A stretch of 64,000 nucleotides of DNA, from NCBI RefSeq assembly GCF_036588685.1, contig NC_086383.1, forward strand, positions 12,400,001-12,464,000, written 5' to 3'. This DNA is from Mytilus trossulus. Its lineage: Eukaryota. The notes under the pieces were generated by a model, which saw only the letters and a program-made list of their open reading frames with translations, ran no database searches and had not been told where the DNA came from. Every line of letters starts with the position of its first letter. The stretch's first letter is position 1. Below are positions 60,643 to 64,000 of this stretch, piece after piece. The translations under genes and the position numbers were made by a program.

Positions 60643-62589
60643 TTAAACAAATTCACATATTGTTGCTTTGCCAGTACTCGAACATGTGACAACCATTTTG
60701 TTACTATTTGTTGCAAAACGAATTGTCCATGGATTCACAATTCCTATGGTTGAAGCCGGAATTTTTCTTATTAACTCTCCTCCATTCGTTATTTGGTGGA
60801 TATATCTAGAACTATATGATGCAATATATAAATTGCCCATATAGTCTACTCCTATCCCTCTAGGGTAAGATAAATCAGAGTTGGTATAGGTAAACTTTTT
60901 CGTGTTATCGACTACATAATCGACAGAATTGGAACTGTTGGCAAACATGTAATCGGTTTGTGATAACGATAACACAAAGAACGATTGACTACTGGTCGTC
61001 CTTTTGTTAATTGTTTGTCCCGATGAAACGTTTATCCATGTAAGTGTGTAACTATGACAAGCGATAAATGTGTCTTCATTAACAAAGCTTATTCCATACA
61101 CTGGTATACCTGGTAAATTCAAGGTTTGTAACAATACCATCTTATTACTATCTACTACACATACTCCTTGCCCATAAGATGATACTGCAACTTTGAAGTG
61201 TGTTACCGCAGCAATGTCCTCCGGTGAACCTGGAAGGGCCAATTCTGATAGCAAACTTTGTCCATCACTGTTGTATTTCACTACTTTCTTTTTGTTATGA
61301 ATTGTAAAAAGTAGAAAGTTGTGTATAAATATTCCAGACGTTGTTCCGGTACCATTGCACACGTCGATAACTTGTAGAATGTTAATATTTCCAGTGCGGA
61401 AGTCGACTTTGTCTACTTTCATCTCAAGGTTAAAATTCAAAAAACTAACAGCGGATTTGTCAACTTTAATTCTTTCAAACGTCTGGGCATTTTTGATAAA
61501 ATCTGCAATAGGGGGAGAAGGGCTAAAAACAACTGAAACACTCTTTATTGTTTTCACCAAATCTTCAATTTCTTGTTCAAGTTCTGAGATTTTAGATTCG
61601 ATTTTATTAATTTCCATCAGACATTGCTCATCGGACCCATGTTCTAGAACACTGTCTATCACTGTTTTCCATTTTTTAACAGCGCCTCTGTATGATGAAA
61701 GAACACCAACTTCGTCTTTTACTTCTATTTCAACTTGCTTCTTGGTTGAGGTCAACTCGGTTATCAGAGTTTCTTCTATTCGATCTATATGCCTTGAAAT
61801 TTCAGTTTTTATATTAGCCACTGTTGTCCTAATTTCTCCTGTTGAATTCTCAACATCAGCTAAATTCGTATTTCGATCTTCAATAATTTCACCTAACTGA
61901 ATCACGTGCTCTGTTAGTTTTTGTGATAAACCAGACGCTTTCGGTGAATGTTTGATACCGGAAGCGGCTTTTTGAATTGAAGTGACATTTTCACATTTAC
62001 GGTGAGTTAGTGTACCGCACGACGTGCAACAAGGTTGTGAATGATCCAAACAATAAAATTCGACAATCTTTCCTGGATGATCTTCACAGTTTTGTACCTC
62101 GCATACTTTGAATGGTGTACCGCCGGACTGCATTTCCTGAATGCTGAAAAGTTTATGCCGTGCTGATATCTTTAAGTTTTTATGATATTTCTCACATTGG
62201 TCACAGAAAGCCTCTTCACAAATCGGACACCAGCTTTTCGCTTTTGTACTTTCTTTGTTAATGACACAAGAATCGCACATTTTTTCTGCCTTTTGTATTG
62301 CTAGTTTATCTAACATTGAGGTAACAAAATGATTGCTTGGGAGCGATTGCGCCCATAATTCTGGCTTTTCTAATTTGTCTCCTCCTGATACGATTTTTCG
62401 ACATACAGGACATGTAAATCCCTCGGTTATCTTTCCCTTTGCCACAGATGACACAATATAGGTATTAATACACGAATCACAGAAGGTATGAAGACATGGT
62501 AGATACTTCGGAAGTTTGAATATTTCCAAACAAATCGTGCAAGTTAACAAATCATCGAAATGTTCAGTATCCTTAGTGGGTGTCGCCAT
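60643..62589 (-). CDS. Intronless TRIM E3 ligase (RING, B-box x2, coiled coil, NHL-like beta-propeller; TRIM2/3/56/71-like), 648 aa
   Basis: CTIC..PCLHTFCDSC..CPVC RING; CDSC..CPIC..FCDQC..H..H; CEDH..CLDH..CCTSC..H; C-terminal YPRGIGVD..GNLYIA. ATG at 62589; the track's start is TTG. Confidence 0.93.
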   Translation of the reverse strand: MATPTKDTEHFDDLLTCTICLEIFKLPKYLPCLHTFCDSCINTYIVSSVAKGKITEGFTCPVCRKIVSGGDKLEKPELWAQSLPSNHFVTSMLDKLAIQKAEKMCDSCVINKESTKAKSWCPICEEAFCDQCEKYHKNLKISARHKLFSIQEMQSGGTPFKVCEVQNCEDHPGKIVEFYCLDHSQPCCTSCGTLTHRKCENVTSIQKAASGIKHSPKASGLSQKLTEHVIQLGEIIEDRNTNLADVENSTGEIRTTVANIKTEISRHIDRIEETLITELTSTKKQVEIEVKDEVGVLSSYRGAVKKWKTVIDSVLEHGSDEQCLMEINKIESKISELEQEIEDLVKTIKSVSVVFSPSPPIADFIKNAQTFERIKVDKSAVSFLNFNLEMKVDKVDFRTGNINILQVIDVCNGTGTTSGIFIHNFLLFTIHNKKKVVKYNSDGQSLLSELALPGSPEDIAAVTHFKVAVSSYGQGVCVVDSNKMVLLQTLNLPGIPVYGISFVNEDTFIACHSYTLTWINVSSGQTINKRTTSSQSFFVLSLSQTDYMFANSSNSVDYVVDNTKKFTYTNSDLSYPRGIGVDYMGNLYIASYSSRYIHQITNGGELIRKIPASTIGIVNPWTIRFATNSNKMVVTCSSTGKATICEFV

Positions 62590-62687
62590 TATCAAAATAA
62601 ACTTTGACCGTTAATATACTTCCTTGTGTGCGTGTATTTATAGTCATTGACTTGGTGTATTTACCTTGTTGCAAAAAGTAGATTGGA

Positions 62688-62763
62688 TAAATAGTTATCA
62701 AAAATACCAGGATTATAATTTTATACGCCAGACGCGCGTTTCGTCTACATAAGACTCATCAGT
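62688..62763 (-). mobile_element. Short retrozyme insertion carrying a hammerhead core (62725-62763, stem I truncated)
   Basis: Absent from the paralogous site near 54188; TAAA on both sides. Confidence 0.78.
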
Positions 62764-64000
62764 AAACAGTATTTAAAAATATACCATTGGCAAACTTATT
62801 TAAAGTACAAAAACTTCTTTCTAAAGGAAATTTACACTTTAAATTTTCTATTTTGTCAATGCTGCATTTCATCTGAACATTTGTGTGTATTTAACATCTT
62901 TTAGTGGGTTTTTTTTTTCGTTGGATTTTCTTTATCGATGTTATCATTCTCAACTTTTTTAAATTATATTTTCCATCTTTCTTTGTTATGTAATTATTCA
63001 ATTCATTCCTGTTCCATGTCTTTGTAATATGCACATTTTGCCATGCTATGTTTAAGAAATTTTCAAATTTGAGTTAATCCTGTAACGAAACATATAAATA
63101 CAAGCTAGATGCAGCATGTTTCTGAATTATATTAGTACAGTGTGTTTTGTATTATGAAAAATCACTGTGATGATGACGAATAAATGTGTTTAAACAAACA
63201 ATGCTTCTTGTAAACATTATGTAAGAATATTGAACAACGAATTAACGATCTTCTCAAGAGAATTAATTTCAAAAATACAATCAACAACTCATCTAAGTCA
63301 TCGGTCTATCAAAATCTTGTAAAGGACTAATTCTGACTCGATGTTTTAAATTGTTTCAAACCTTTTATGTATAGTTTGCTATGTATACTTCAATACTAAG
63401 TCTGTGAACTATATAAACTCGTTAATGGATAGAGATTGTGTTCTTGCAATAGCTGTATTGGTGGTTCTAGTTTGAATGTATCCTTCAATTCTCATCTACT
63501 CCTCCCACAAGCACACAGTGTTAGGGGTTGATTGGACCGCAGTAAAACTTTTGATAGTAATACGATGTTGCCTTGTGAATTGGTATGTTGAAAGGTCGAC
63601 TTAGTGTGACGGTCTATATCTAGAGCAAGGCAGGAACATCTATATTTCGTGAAGATCATCCTTAATATTCATTTTAGCTTTGTTGTTGGACGTCAAGCAA
63701 CGATAAACCAATAATTCGGTACTCTGTGGTCTGTTTTTTACTGAAATATTTGTCATCATGTACCTCAAGTTATAATACATCTTTGGCTGTATATATATAT
63801 ATATATGTGTCGAGAGTTCCTGTTGAATGTGCTTTAATTTGTAATAGCGTTTTCGACGCTCAAATTTTCAAAGAATTTTTTATCACCGTGTTATAACCTA
63901 TGCTGGTGTACACTGTTAGTCATAAAGGAGTATTGTTTATAACACACTACTCTTTTTTTTCAGTAAAAATATAAATAACGAATCATCTAAAATACTAGCT

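Overview
AT-rich, spliced eukaryotic DNA. The repeat landscape and the expanded TRIM and C-type lectin families suggest a bivalve mollusc, probably Mytilus-like (inference). The left 45 kb holds a minus-strand tandem cluster of type II membrane receptors that the ORF track does not reveal. Each has a cytoplasmic tail with four YxxL/I motifs, one TM helix and an array of 108-nt phase 1-1 EGF exons. Copy 2 (44453->24606) splices into a complete 471-aa protein: tail-TM-4xEGF-C-type lectin with EPN/WND. Copy 1 (16988->off the left edge) has at least 15 intact EGF exons plus one dead exon, expanded by recent ~1.49-kb and ~0.6-kb tandem duplications. An intron of copy 2 contains an intact, very young Gmr1-type Gypsy element (PR-IN-RT-RH order, 603-bp LTRs, ATGT TSD, tRNA-Pro PBS) nested in a Penelope-like fragment. 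The right 13 kb is a tandem cluster of intronless TRIM genes: one intact and three pseudogenes. About ten minimal type I hammerhead ribozymes sit in ~350-nt non-LTR retrozyme repeats of three subfamilies. Penelope-like, L1/Tx1, Kolobok-like, MITE and SINE-like relics fill the rest. All coordinates and alignments were read by eye.
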